Source of the DNA: Bdellovibrionales bacterium
GTDB lineage: Bacteria > Bdellovibrionota > Bdellovibrionia > Bdellovibrionales > JAGQZY01
Length of the DNA: 64,000 nt
Reading direction: 5' to 3'
Assembly: GCA_964230645.1 (NCBI GenBank)
Contig: CAXRHT010000001.1
Location: 160,001 to 224,000 of the forward strand
This document shows, one piece after another, positions 30,306-40,177 of the stretch. The notes under the pieces were generated by a model. The model searched no databases, was not told the DNA's origin, and saw only the letters and a program-made list of their open reading frames with translations. Positions within the stretch are counted from its first letter, which is position 1. Each line of letters opens with the position of its first letter. Made by a program: the position numbers and the translations under genes.

Positions 30306-31790
30306 ATGTCGTTTTTTAAAAGCATCAATTTAAAACAAGAGCTTTTCTCTTCCTTTGTTGTCTTTCTTATCGCTCTGCCTATATGCCTTGGGGTTGCCAT
30401 TGCCTCTGGTGTCGACCCTATTAAAGGTCTCCTAACTGGTATAATTGGTGGAATTGTTGTCGCCTCCATTAGTGGCGCGCCCTTACAGATCAGCGGTCCT
30501 TCAACCGGCTTAGCTGTGATGGTGCTTCATGTTGTGGATGTCTACGGGGCGCCAGCACTCATCCCTCTTGGAATTATTGTTGGGCTTTTTCAACTTCTCA
30601 CTGCCATCTTTAAAGTGGGGCACTTTTTCCAAGCCACACCTCCGGCCCTTTTAAGAGCCATGCTCTCTGGAATCGGAGCCCTCATTCTCGTCTCACAGAT
30701 CTATATCATCTTTGATCTCCCCATGAGTTCCAAAGGACTACAGAACATCATTGGCCTTCCCGATATTGCTGGAACTATTTTTGGTGGCCAGCTTACGACA
30801 GTGCAAATCGAAGCCGCCATTGTGGCTCTGCTTGTACTAGCCGTTTTATTTTTATGGAACCTCGGTAAATCCCAAATTTTTGAAATCTTTCCGGGCCCCC
30901 TTGTCTCCACTCTTGCCGCCTCACTTCTCGTCTATTTCCTCGGCTGGGATATGAGAATGGTCAATCTTCCCGAAGATATTTTTGGTAAACTTCTTCATAT
31001 TAATTATGGAGAAGGCTTTGCGGTGATAGATTGGAACTTTATTGCCTACTCCTTAGGTTTTGCCTTTGTTGCTAGTGCCGAAACCCTTTTATGTGTCAGT
31101 GCCATTGATAAAATTGCCAAAACCACTTCCAACTACAATCGCACCATTTTCGCACAAGGGATGGGGAATTTTGTGGCAGGCCTTTTGGGTGCCATTCCTG
31201 TTGTGGGCGTGATTTCTAGAAGTGCCGCGAACCTTGAGTTTGGTGCAAAAACAAGAATGTCCTCAATCATGCAGGGCTTTTGGCTCTCAGCCTTTTTATT
31301 TCTCCCCGCGGTTCTGGGATATGTACCCATTCCAGCTTTGGCAGGTCTTCTAATTTACATCGGTATAAAGCTTCTCGATTTTAAAAATATGTTTGCCTAC
31401 ATTAAAGCATGGAATAAGACTTCCTTAATTTTTGGAACTACTTTTGTTCTAACGATCACTGTGGATTTGTTGGCTGGAGTTCTTTCTGGTTTTGTGGTCG
31501 CTATCCTTCTACTTGTCGTAGATGTCCTGAAATATGATTTGGTTGTTCAAGACGAAGGAGAAAATAAAGTTCTAAAATTTAAAGGTAAACTTTCCTTTTT
31601 AGATCTTCCCGTTCTTTCTAAAAAACTAGAGGGTCAAGACCTTGGCGATGTTACTAACTTAGAGTTCTGTTTGCGTGAGGTGGATTATCTCGATCCCGCT
31701 ATCTCTGAACACCTTAATGAACTTAAAGATAAACTTGAGAGCCAGGGTAAGACCATAAAAATTCGCTACAGCAAATTTAATATTCACTAG
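30306..31790 (+). CDS. SulP/SLC26 anion transporter with STAS-like C-terminus
   Basis: LIALP.CLG.AIASG, QISGP, ETLL, GVISRS.AN...GAKT. Confidence 0.93.
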   Translation: MSFFKSINLKQELFSSFVVFLIALPICLGVAIASGVDPIKGLLTGIIGGIVVASISGAPLQISGPSTGLAVMVLHVVDVYGAPALIPLGIIVGLFQLLTAIFKVGHFFQATPPALLRAMLSGIGALILVSQIYIIFDLPMSSKGLQNIIGLPDIAGTIFGGQLTTVQIEAAIVALLVLAVLFLWNLGKSQIFEIFPGPLVSTLAASLLVYFLGWDMRMVNLPEDIFGKLLHINYGEGFAVIDWNFIAYSLGFAFVASAETLLCVSAIDKIAKTTSNYNRTIFAQGMGNFVAGLLGAIPVVGVISRSAANLEFGAKTRMSSIMQGFWLSAFLFLPAVLGYVPIPALAGLLIYIGIKLLDFKNMFAYIKAWNKTSLIFGTTFVLTITVDLLAGVLSGFVVAILLLVVDVLKYDLVVQDEGENKVLKFKGKLSFLDLPVLSKKLEGQDLGDVTNLEFCLREVDYLDPAISEHLNELKDKLESQGKTIKIRYSKFNIH

Positions 31791-31814
31791 AGGCTGGATC
31801 TAGCCCTCAATTAT

Positions 31815-32702
31815 TTAATTGGCCCCAGAGGGACTTCCGAAAATATTAATGGTCTCACCAGTCACATAGGATCCCGTTATTTCAGATGCTAAGTAGACGT
31901 AGGCAGGAGCAATTTCTACGGGTTGAGCCGGTCTGCCAAAAGATGTGTTCTTTCCAAAATCTTTGATTTCTGTTTCGGAGCGTTCCGCTGGATTGAGTGG
32001 CGTCCACACAGGTCCTGGTGCCACCGCATTGACTCGGATTCTTCTTTTCGCCAGTTGCTTTGCTAATGACTTGGTAAAACTTCGAATAGCGCCCTTGGTG
32101 GCCGAATAGTCTATTAGGGAATCATCTCCCACGTAGGCCAGAATGGAGGCTGTATTAATGATGTTTGAGCCTTCTTTAAGCAGAGGTAAGAGGGCTTTAG
32201 TGACTTTGAACATGCCAATGATATTGGTGTTGAACGTCTTTTCAAACTGTTTGACCTGTAAGTCCTCAATGGAGTCCACATGATTTTGAAAGGCAGCGTT
32301 GTTCACTAGGATATCAAACTCACAAAAATCTTTTTTTGCCTGGGAAACCAAATTCGCAATGGACTTTTCATCTTCAAGGTCCAAGGCTATGGAAAAAGCT
32401 TTTTGACCCTCGTTTCGGATTTCTTTAAGAGTTTTTGTGGCATCCTCTTTTTCCTCAGGGAGATGAGTAATAAACACATCAGCCCCTTCTCTGGCGAACA
32501 TCACTGCCACAGATCTTCCAATCCCTGAGTCTCCCCCCGTGATTAGCGCCTTTTTCCCAGCTAATTTTTTAGAACCAATATAATCGTCGGTCATATAAAC
32601 TGGCTCGGGCGTGAGCTGGTTTTCCATCCCTGGGGGATGATCTTGAGTTTTTGTAAATGGGGGCTTGTATTTAGGCTTATGTGAAATTTCAGTTGTCTTC
32701 AT
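31815..32702 (-). CDS. Short-chain dehydrogenase/reductase (YghA/general-stress type)
   Basis: TGGDSGIG, NNA, YSATK, VAPGPVWTP, GRPAQP.E. Confidence 0.92.
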   Translation of the reverse strand: MKTTEISHKPKYKPPFTKTQDHPPGMENQLTPEPVYMTDDYIGSKKLAGKKALITGGDSGIGRSVAVMFAREGADVFITHLPEEKEDATKTLKEIRNEGQKAFSIALDLEDEKSIANLVSQAKKDFCEFDILVNNAAFQNHVDSIEDLQVKQFEKTFNTNIIGMFKVTKALLPLLKEGSNIINTASILAYVGDDSLIDYSATKGAIRSFTKSLAKQLAKRRIRVNAVAPGPVWTPLNPAERSETEIKDFGKNTSFGRPAQPVEIAPAYVYLASEITGSYVTGETINIFGSPSGAN

Positions 32703-32966
32703 GATCATCTCCTCTGTCAAATCAGGATAGAAGTAAGATTAGCCCAAACCCTTTACGAAAACTTCGAGATGAGGTTCAGATAGGTTTTAAAATCCTACAA
32801 ATTACTGCCCGTAGTTCGAGAGATTGAGATGAAAAACCCACTCGCTGCCTTCTATATTTCTTACAGAATTCTGATCCATAAGGGCCAGTAAACTTTATAA
32901 AAGCCAGTGAAGTTCATGATTCTCAGTGAAGTCTTCGTTAAAGCTTTGGTTTCAGAGGAGAATTCC

Positions 32967-35585
32967 ATGAAATCTATACTTTTATTTATTGGCCTGATCG
33001 GCTTTTCCCCCTCACTTTTTGGGATGTGTTATGAGCGCTTTTACACTCAAGAACACCTTGCCAAACATCCCGATCAAGAAGTGCGGTCGGTGATCGTGCA
33101 AAATGAGGATTGGGCTAGTTTTATTAGCGACGAATTCCCCATCACAGTCCAAATTCATCTCGTTCAGAATGGAAAAGACAAGTTGGCTGAAGTCACAGGA
33201 CGTTGTCAGTACGACAATCCAGAGGACCCTTGGGCCGCTCAAAGGGAAGGTCGCCCCGCCACCGGAACCTGTAACTTCAATTCGCAAGGGCCTCGCTCAG
33301 CAACGTTTCGCGCGAAAATGGAGTCCTCTCTTTTTGGGTATGAACCTGGAGAAATCCTTTTCAAGGTCGCCAGCGACTTTGTCTACGACGATGTCACAGC
33401 TGGAAGTAGGCCGGGATCAAAAATCGAAATTACCGATTACGACAACACTTTTCTCGTTCACTTTAATGCCATGGAATCCAATTTGGGGCGAACCTGCGAA
33501 CAAACACTTTTAATGGCTCATAAGAAAAACCTTCCTCGCTATTGGAACGAAGCCATTCTGCACAGTATCCGCAATGACTTGGCCAGACCCACGGTTACCG
33601 CCAGAAACCTATTTCACCTCTCAGCCCTTCTCTGGGATATTTACGCTCTCTATAACTCGGAAAAGACTTACTACCTCAACCCAAACACCAATCTTCCAAC
33701 CTCTAATGATGAAACCGCCTCAATGAACAAAGTCATGAGCTTTGCCGCTCATAGACTCCTAAAAACACGCTATGAGTTGGCTCCTGGAAATGGCGATAAC
33801 TATCCCAATTGGGAACTGGGAACCGATGGAGAACCAGATAACCGTGTGAATCTCTTTTTAGACCGGGCCTTAAAACGTCTTGGCTATTTTCTAGAAGACC
33901 AGGGAGCGGAAGCTCTGCTTGGTCAGCAGTTGGCTGAGGAATTAATCCAGTCCCAACTAGATGATGGATCTCGTGAAGCGAATAACTACTCGGATCCCGA
34001 CTTTCAAAACATGGTGAATAACCAAATTGCAGACATCTCTCAATCAGGTTTAAAAAAGCCCCACGACTACGGTGAGGGAGGAGATATTTTCTCCTTCATG
34101 CCAGAGTATCTGTTTGATCACTTTGGCTTTAGTATCGAGGATCAAAGCCTTGTCGACAGTGATGTAAAGTCAGGCCCTTCTATTGCTGGGGAGGTCGATA
34201 TCGATCATTGGATCAGGCTTCATATCCCGGGCTCCATTGATCAAAGTGGAAATGCTCAAGCCAGTGAACAACAACCGCTCACTCTTTTCTGGGGTGAATT
34301 GCCTACCTTTGGGAATCTCAGTGAGTACCGCTCAAGTGACAAACCGGGAGTCTATTTTGACCCCTCCGAGCACTATCCTTCCTTTCGAGATAGTCCCGAG
34401 GAGGTGATCCTAGCCAATCTTCAGGTGGTGGGATTTAGTGCCCTTCTTAATCCTCAAGATATGTCGAACTTTGATTTCGATCGCGACGGGAAACCCGATC
34501 ACAATCAAGGCGCTGAGATGATCGACATTTCACCAGGTCACCTTGGAAACAATTCTCTTGGAGCCAATGATGGCGCTGGAAGATCGATTAACCCTATTAC
34601 TGGTCAAAGTTATGAGCCCTACAAGGTAAAGGCTGCCAATTATTATCGCTCCATTGCAGAGTTTTGGGCCGATGGCCCCTCTTCTGAAACGCCCCCAGGT
34701 CACTGGAACACCTTAGCGAATTACGTCATGGATCAATTACAGAAGAAACAAAAAGGTTTTTACTGGCTTGGAGACCAACAGAAAAAACTAACACGCAAAG
34801 AGTACGAATTAAGACTTTACCTCACCCTCAATGGTGCCCTTCACGATGCTGCTGTCGTGGCCTGGGGAATCAAGGGACATTTCCAAGGAAACCGTCCCAT
34901 TACAGTGATCAGAAAGCTCGCCACCATGGCGGAAAAAGATCCTCAATTTGGAGCCTACCTTGAAAGCCTCGCCCCAGACCTTGTGAAAATGGTGACCTAT
35001 AAAAAAGAAGTTTTAAACTCTAAGGGTCAAATGGAAACCAAAGAAGTCACACGTCTTGCTATCAAAGCCTGGCGTGGTCCTCGAGAGCACGGTTTTTATT
35101 TGGGCGACTTTGATGGTGGCGGATATGTGGAGATGCGTGATTTCAGTTTTAAAAAACGCGATTCCCTCGCTTTAGAGGAAAATGATTTTTTCAGTCGGAT
35201 GAATCACGCCGGTGTGGGTTGGATTCTCGCAGAAAACTGGCTCCCCTACCAAAGACAAACCTTTGTTACTCCACCTTTTCCTGGTTTCGTTTCAGGACAT
35301 AGTACTTTTAGCCGAGCGGCTGCTGAAATATTAACGGGTGTGACTGGGAGTGAGTACTTTCCTGGAGGATTGGGGACCTACCCCGCCCCTCCACTTCATT
35401 TTGAATACGATGAAACCAAAGATTTTGAATTTCAGTGGGCCACTTATTTTGATGCTTCAGACACCAGCGGAATCTCAAGACTTTACGGCGGTATTCACGC
35501 TTCTTATGACGATCTTCCCGCTAGAAAGATTGGCTCGAAAGTGGGTAAGAAAGCCTTGGAAAAAGCGAAAGCATTTTTCCAATAG
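32967..35585 (+). CDS. Exported vanadium-haloperoxidase/PAP2-superfamily protein
   Basis: W..K.....RP, PPFPGFVSGHS, SRLYGGIH, EFWADGP..ETPPGHWN; GAGGAG SD and signal peptide at 32967. Confidence 0.8.
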   Translation: MKSILLFIGLIGFSPSLFGMCYERFYTQEHLAKHPDQEVRSVIVQNEDWASFISDEFPITVQIHLVQNGKDKLAEVTGRCQYDNPEDPWAAQREGRPATGTCNFNSQGPRSATFRAKMESSLFGYEPGEILFKVASDFVYDDVTAGSRPGSKIEITDYDNTFLVHFNAMESNLGRTCEQTLLMAHKKNLPRYWNEAILHSIRNDLARPTVTARNLFHLSALLWDIYALYNSEKTYYLNPNTNLPTSNDETASMNKVMSFAAHRLLKTRYELAPGNGDNYPNWELGTDGEPDNRVNLFLDRALKRLGYFLEDQGAEALLGQQLAEELIQSQLDDGSREANNYSDPDFQNMVNNQIADISQSGLKKPHDYGEGGDIFSFMPEYLFDHFGFSIEDQSLVDSDVKSGPSIAGEVDIDHWIRLHIPGSIDQSGNAQASEQQPLTLFWGELPTFGNLSEYRSSDKPGVYFDPSEHYPSFRDSPEEVILANLQVVGFSALLNPQDMSNFDFDRDGKPDHNQGAEMIDISPGHLGNNSLGANDGAGRSINPITGQSYEPYKVKAANYYRSIAEFWADGPSSETPPGHWNTLANYVMDQLQKKQKGFYWLGDQQKKLTRKEYELRLYLTLNGALHDAAVVAWGIKGHFQGNRPITVIRKLATMAEKDPQFGAYLESLAPDLVKMVTYKKEVLNSKGQMETKEVTRLAIKAWRGPREHGFYLGDFDGGGYVEMRDFSFKKRDSLALEENDFFSRMNHAGVGWILAENWLPYQRQTFVTPPFPGFVSGHSTFSRAAAEILTGVTGSEYFPGGLGTYPAPPLHFEYDETKDFEFQWATYFDASDTSGISRLYGGIHASYDDLPARKIGSKVGKKALEKAKAFFQ

Positions 35586-35756
35586 TCACTTCTACGTCTC
35601 TTCCCTACGCCCCTCTCAACTACTATGGGGGGGGGGCATGGAAGAGAGTTTTGAAATTTTTTATTCCATTTATAAAATCTTTTATTTCTAAGTTATTTTT
35701 ACACACTTACTTAGGGAGCCCTCCCCAACCAAGCCCCCTTATGCTACTCCCAGGGC

Positions 35757-36338
35757 ATGAAACGAATCATTCTTTGCGTGGCATTTGTCCTGTCTCCTCT
35801 ATTTTCGCAAGCCCTTCAATGTGCTGAGGCTCTCGGTGTTCCACAAAAATCAATAGGACTTTATTGGGACCTAACGGACACTAGGATTGCACTAGAAAAC
35901 TTTAATTCCCGCGACAACAATAATTTTCGCACCATGGAGCTTGAATGGATGCCCCTTGGAGAGTTACTACAAAAAGCTCGTATGACTGAAAAGAGGGTAA
36001 ACATTCACTATGTCCAAGAGGATATGAACGCTCTTTACTTAGGAGAGTCCTATTTGGACTTAATCGACACCCCCGCTTTAACAGCCCTGCTCTGGGCTGA
36101 TCAAGACCATCTAGCAATAACCAGTAATGCCCAGGCCAAAGCTTTGTACGAGCTTTATCGCCAAGGCCTTATTTCAAAAGAGGAAAATATTCCGGTGGTG
36201 ATTCAGTCCCTACCCACAAGTGGAAAAGACGAACTGACACAGCCTCGGTGGTCATTTGAGGAAGCGGCCTACTTTCAAGAAGGTTCAACGGGTGAACGAC
36301 TCGTGCCTACTGAGCCTATTCCCCATCTAGCATTTTAA
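35757..36338 (+). CDS. Hypothetical exported protein
   Basis: Signal peptide MKRIILCVAFVLSPLFSQA. Confidence 0.7.
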   Translation: MKRIILCVAFVLSPLFSQALQCAEALGVPQKSIGLYWDLTDTRIALENFNSRDNNNFRTMELEWMPLGELLQKARMTEKRVNIHYVQEDMNALYLGESYLDLIDTPALTALLWADQDHLAITSNAQAKALYELYRQGLISKEENIPVVIQSLPTSGKDELTQPRWSFEEAAYFQEGSTGERLVPTEPIPHLAF

Positions 36339-36430
36339 AAAGTCCCATATCGAGACAGTCTTTTGATTTTTTGTGGATCGTAAACATTGTTTGATTCTCC
36401 TATTCTGTAAACATCAAAGGGAGAGATAAA

Positions 36431-36826
36431 ATGAAAAAAGGACTTCTACTCATTCTCGGTTTAGGCTCATTTATCCTTGGCTTTTTAAGTGTGGAATTTC
36501 TTCCGCTGGATTCCAAACAGAAGAACACTGTCAAACAAGCTCAAGTCGAAGAGCCCGTCACACTCTCTATTCCAAAAGCTCAAGTCATTGAACCAAAAGT
36601 TGAAGCCAGGAAGGTCAAAACAAAAAATCCCATGAAGCAACAGGGAATCACCTTAGATATTCAAATCGAAGATCGCAGCCAAAGAGTTCAAGCTTATGAT
36701 GACAGCCTAGACAACGCCCTTATCGACATGATGGAGGAAGGGCGAAAACTAAGTTCCGCCGAGAAACACAGAAACGATCTCCAAAAAGAAATTTATCAGG
36801 AATCCACCCACTTAAAAATTCAATAA
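36431..36826 (+). CDS. Hypothetical membrane-anchored protein
   Basis: N-terminal TM helix; AAGGGAG SD. Confidence 0.7.
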   Translation: MKKGLLLILGLGSFILGFLSVEFLPLDSKQKNTVKQAQVEEPVTLSIPKAQVIEPKVEARKVKTKNPMKQQGITLDIQIEDRSQRVQAYDDSLDNALIDMMEEGRKLSSAEKHRNDLQKEIYQESTHLKIQ

Positions 36827-37005
36827 GAATCACCTTTGAAGAGGGCCAAAGCCACAAGGTCGACCACTCAAAAAAGCCACAGAGGGCTCTTTTTTGGGAC
36901 GTCGGCCTTTTTTTTGGGCAAAATAACCTCCTATGTCATGAACTTTATAGACAGTGACTTGCCACAGCCTCAAATTAAGTTTAGAAACACAGTTCTTTCC
37001 GCGAC

Positions 37006-37082
37006 GCGGGTGTAGCTCAGTTGGCTAGAGCGCAACCTTGCCAAGGTTGAGGTCGTGGGTTCGAGCCCCATCACCCGCTCCA
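37006..37082 (+). tRNA. tRNA-Gly (GCC)
   Basis: GCGGGTG/CACCCGC acceptor stem, TAGCTCAGTTGG D-arm, CAACC-TTGCCAA-GGTTG anticodon arm, GGTTCGAG T-arm, encoded CCA. Confidence 0.98.
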
Positions 37083-37243
37083 ATTAATTCCTAAAATCTT
37101 GCTTGCCTAGATTACCATGCCTTTTCTGCGTGGAATTTTTTGATGGGGCACGGGGCCTTCCGACATGCACGGCCTACGCCGCGCGAGCCTTCAGGTTGCT
37201 CTGCACCAAAATGTACCGCTGGCACATTTTAGCGCAGGCATAA

Positions 37244-37258
37244 CCATCACCCGCTCCA
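37244..37258 (+). repeat. 15-bp direct repeat of the tRNA-Gly 3' end
   Basis: CCATCACCCGCTCCA at 37068-37082 and again at 37244-37258. Confidence 0.9.
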
Positions 37259-37392
37259 TTTTCCTGTCATAGTGAGCGCAACTTTTCTGTCACCTCATTC
37301 TCAAATTGAGCCAGTTCTATAAAAAGCTATTTAATATATCTTATTTATTTCTTAGTCTAAAGTTGAGGGCATCCTCTGCCGATTGAGAGGTC

Positions 37393-40035
37393 ATGGAACG
37401 TCTTCTCGGGTTAATTTTAATGTCCAGCCTTTTTGTTGGCTGCGGACTCGATCTTAAAGTGAATAGTGACTTGACCACTCCGTTAAATAAGGAAGTCACG
37501 ATCGCCTCTCCCACACCTGGCCAAGTTTTTAATGATAACAAGGCTTCCTCTTTGAAAGTTTCAGGACTTTGCTCGTCTTTGCAATCTGAAGACTTCATCA
37601 TTGTAAACTTGCGTGAAAATATTAAAGTGGACTGCTCCTCTCAAAACGAGTGGAGCTTGGATATACCGTGGCAAAGAATTCCGGAAGGCCAAAACACTAT
37701 CACTATCCATAACTCCTCTGGCCAACTTATCAAATCATTAAATTTTGAAAAGTCATTTATGCCTGATCATGTGATTTTTAATAAAAGAGTTAAAAAGATA
37801 TCAAGTTACAATCAAATTGATAGTTCTCCCTATCACAATAAATCTGAAGCCATAGCCTACGTTTCCGATGAGTACTGTATCGTACTTGGGTGCTCGGCTA
37901 AAAATATCGTCCTTAGAATCAAACAGGACAACTACGAAACCGCCCATTTTGTGACTAGCAGTCTCACTAAATCTTTCTCCTGGCCAAGGGTCGTTCAGGT
38001 CTCTGAAAACCAGTTAAGAGTTTTCTACATTGCAGACAGGAGCAACAATGATAGCCGTAACGTTGTTTATAAGGACTTCAATCTTGCAAACAAGACCTTC
38101 ACATCAGAAAAAAGCCTAACCAATTTTGGACCAAACGAAATGCTCAACAGTTTGCAATTGGAACAAAGCAAAGAGGGAGAAATATTCCTTAGTTACGCGT
38201 CAAAAGAGTACTGCGCCCAAAATGCCTGTGATCTTTTTCGAGCCGTCGTTAGATCATCCAAAGACAACTACCAATCGAGAAAATATTTTGGCCAAGAATC
38301 CACTTGTGACGTTAATATGGTGCGCACTGGTTTACGTGATAACACGCAGGACTTTTATCTTTTTTACAACTTTGAGCGAAACACAGGCAACTGCACCAGT
38401 TGGCAGAACTATTTTAACTATAGCGTTCACGACGGCGACCAATGGTCTGCACCCACAAGTTTTACCAATGGCCGCAACCCTGGAAGCGCTCACTTTGCCA
38501 TTGATAATTTCGGAGAAATCTTTGTTTTCCACCATTCGACATGGCATGCCGGTTGTTCGAATTGGGCTCTTTACTATGGATCCAGCCAAGATAATTTTGC
38601 ATCGGTCAATATGGTGCCAGGCTCCTGTGCCTATTCTCATTCCTACCCCAATGAACATCATCGTCCCAGCAGCCAGGTGAAAAACGATGGACATATTTAC
38701 TTGTTATCGGCAAGAAGAGGGGCGCCGACTCCTGCGGACTTTTCTCACCACTTTTTTATATCAGACTCAAGCAACGATTATGCCACTCCTTATATTTTTT
38801 ATGAGAACGACTTTTCAAACTGGACACCATCCCTTTCCCTCTCACAAGATGCAAACTCCTTAGTTGCAAATGTGATGATTGGATCAGGCTCCAAAAGTGG
38901 TCTCAATCAATTCAGAATAAACAAAGATTTTTCCGCTACAACCAGTCACTTGATCGAAGGACCTGCCAACAATTTTATAAAAACAGTGGCCCTTGATGAT
39001 GGAGAAATTGGCTTTGTCGGACAATCCTCTGAATACTGTGAGACTCTTGGTAGTTGTGAAAATTCTAATTTTTATCTGCAAAATATTTTTGGGACAGAAA
39101 AGACCTGGTTGACTAAAAAGACTGACAACACAATTGAAATCAGTTCTCCACACTACCTCTCTCGCCCCGGTGACACGGATGTATTCATTTATGCCTCAAA
39201 CGAAAAAAACTCTAAATTTATGGGAAGTCGATTTAGCACGTCTTCTGATAATTTTACTGTGAGTACGGATTTCGCCAGCATTGATGCCAATACGTTACCC
39301 GTTATTTCTACCATTGGATTGGATGACTCTGGAACCGTCTATACCGCTGGAAGTATGGGAGATGCCTATCTTTTTGATAGTACTGATAACTTTTCTAGTT
39401 ACACGCTTATCAACGATGGAAACTTGGGAAGCTCTCCCGGACCGGGAGCCGTACGCCATGATGGAGAATATGTACTGGCCTACGGCTCTAATGGAGGCGG
39501 TTGGCGCGGGCGGTTTCGTTGGTCTCTGGACTCATATACAAGCGATCAATATGTTTCAAGCGATGGTAGAATTAAATACGGTGGATGGACCCCTCTGTGG
39601 CGACCTGATGATGGTTTAGATGTCTTCTTATTGACTGACTCTAATTCTGACGGACGCGTTGATATATCAGTGTTGGACTCAGCCGATGGTTTTAGCAGCC
39701 TAAGCCCACTTATTGCATTTACCGATCAATCAATTTGTAGATCCTTCACCCCCGGTTCGAGTGCAGGAACCCCCTTTCTACAGGCAAAATATGATGACCT
39801 AGGACGATTGAATATTTTGTATTCAGCAAGAACAGACAGTGATCCTGCATGCTATCTTTATCTAAAACGATCTGATGACTGGAATAAAAGCTGGAAAATT
39901 CCCACCACTCAAGGGGTTAGCCTCGAGCCCGATGGTCTTTTCTTAAGACCGGATGATGCACCTATCGTTTGCGCCAAATCTTTGAGTGACTACTACTGTA
40001 TGGATCTAAGTTTGATTGAGCCAATATCTGATTAA
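37393..40035 (+). CDS. Large lipoprotein with Ig-like N-domain and Asp-box-like repeats (putative beta-propeller)
   Basis: Lipobox FVGC; about nine S-x-D-x-[FYW]-like motifs. Confidence 0.75.
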   Translation: MERLLGLILMSSLFVGCGLDLKVNSDLTTPLNKEVTIASPTPGQVFNDNKASSLKVSGLCSSLQSEDFIIVNLRENIKVDCSSQNEWSLDIPWQRIPEGQNTITIHNSSGQLIKSLNFEKSFMPDHVIFNKRVKKISSYNQIDSSPYHNKSEAIAYVSDEYCIVLGCSAKNIVLRIKQDNYETAHFVTSSLTKSFSWPRVVQVSENQLRVFYIADRSNNDSRNVVYKDFNLANKTFTSEKSLTNFGPNEMLNSLQLEQSKEGEIFLSYASKEYCAQNACDLFRAVVRSSKDNYQSRKYFGQESTCDVNMVRTGLRDNTQDFYLFYNFERNTGNCTSWQNYFNYSVHDGDQWSAPTSFTNGRNPGSAHFAIDNFGEIFVFHHSTWHAGCSNWALYYGSSQDNFASVNMVPGSCAYSHSYPNEHHRPSSQVKNDGHIYLLSARRGAPTPADFSHHFFISDSSNDYATPYIFYENDFSNWTPSLSLSQDANSLVANVMIGSGSKSGLNQFRINKDFSATTSHLIEGPANNFIKTVALDDGEIGFVGQSSEYCETLGSCENSNFYLQNIFGTEKTWLTKKTDNTIEISSPHYLSRPGDTDVFIYASNEKNSKFMGSRFSTSSDNFTVSTDFASIDANTLPVISTIGLDDSGTVYTAGSMGDAYLFDSTDNFSSYTLINDGNLGSSPGPGAVRHDGEYVLAYGSNGGGWRGRFRWSLDSYTSDQYVSSDGRIKYGGWTPLWRPDDGLDVFLLTDSNSDGRVDISVLDSADGFSSLSPLIAFTDQSICRSFTPGSSAGTPFLQAKYDDLGRLNILYSARTDSDPACYLYLKRSDDWNKSWKIPTTQGVSLEPDGLFLRPDDAPIVCAKSLSDYYCMDLSLIEPISD

Positions 40036-40177
40036 GGTATTGATAGTGAATTTTAATTCTCTCCTGCGAAATTAATTGAGTGATCATTCCATCGTCTAAA
40101 TATTTGACAGTCTTTGTAATGGCTTCAGACCACCGGTTAAAAGTGGATTCTTTTAGAGGAGAAGGTAAAATGTTTAC

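Noticed and set aside
35598..35646. G10 tract as a phase-variation site
   Set aside because: Intergenic, just after a stop codon, and pairs with the upstream C/T-rich arm as a terminator-like hairpin.
36826..36920. c-di-GMP-I riboswitch-like words (CAAAGCCAC, GGGAC)
   Set aside because: No GGCAAAC/GNRA architecture in the right order; more likely terminator hairpins.
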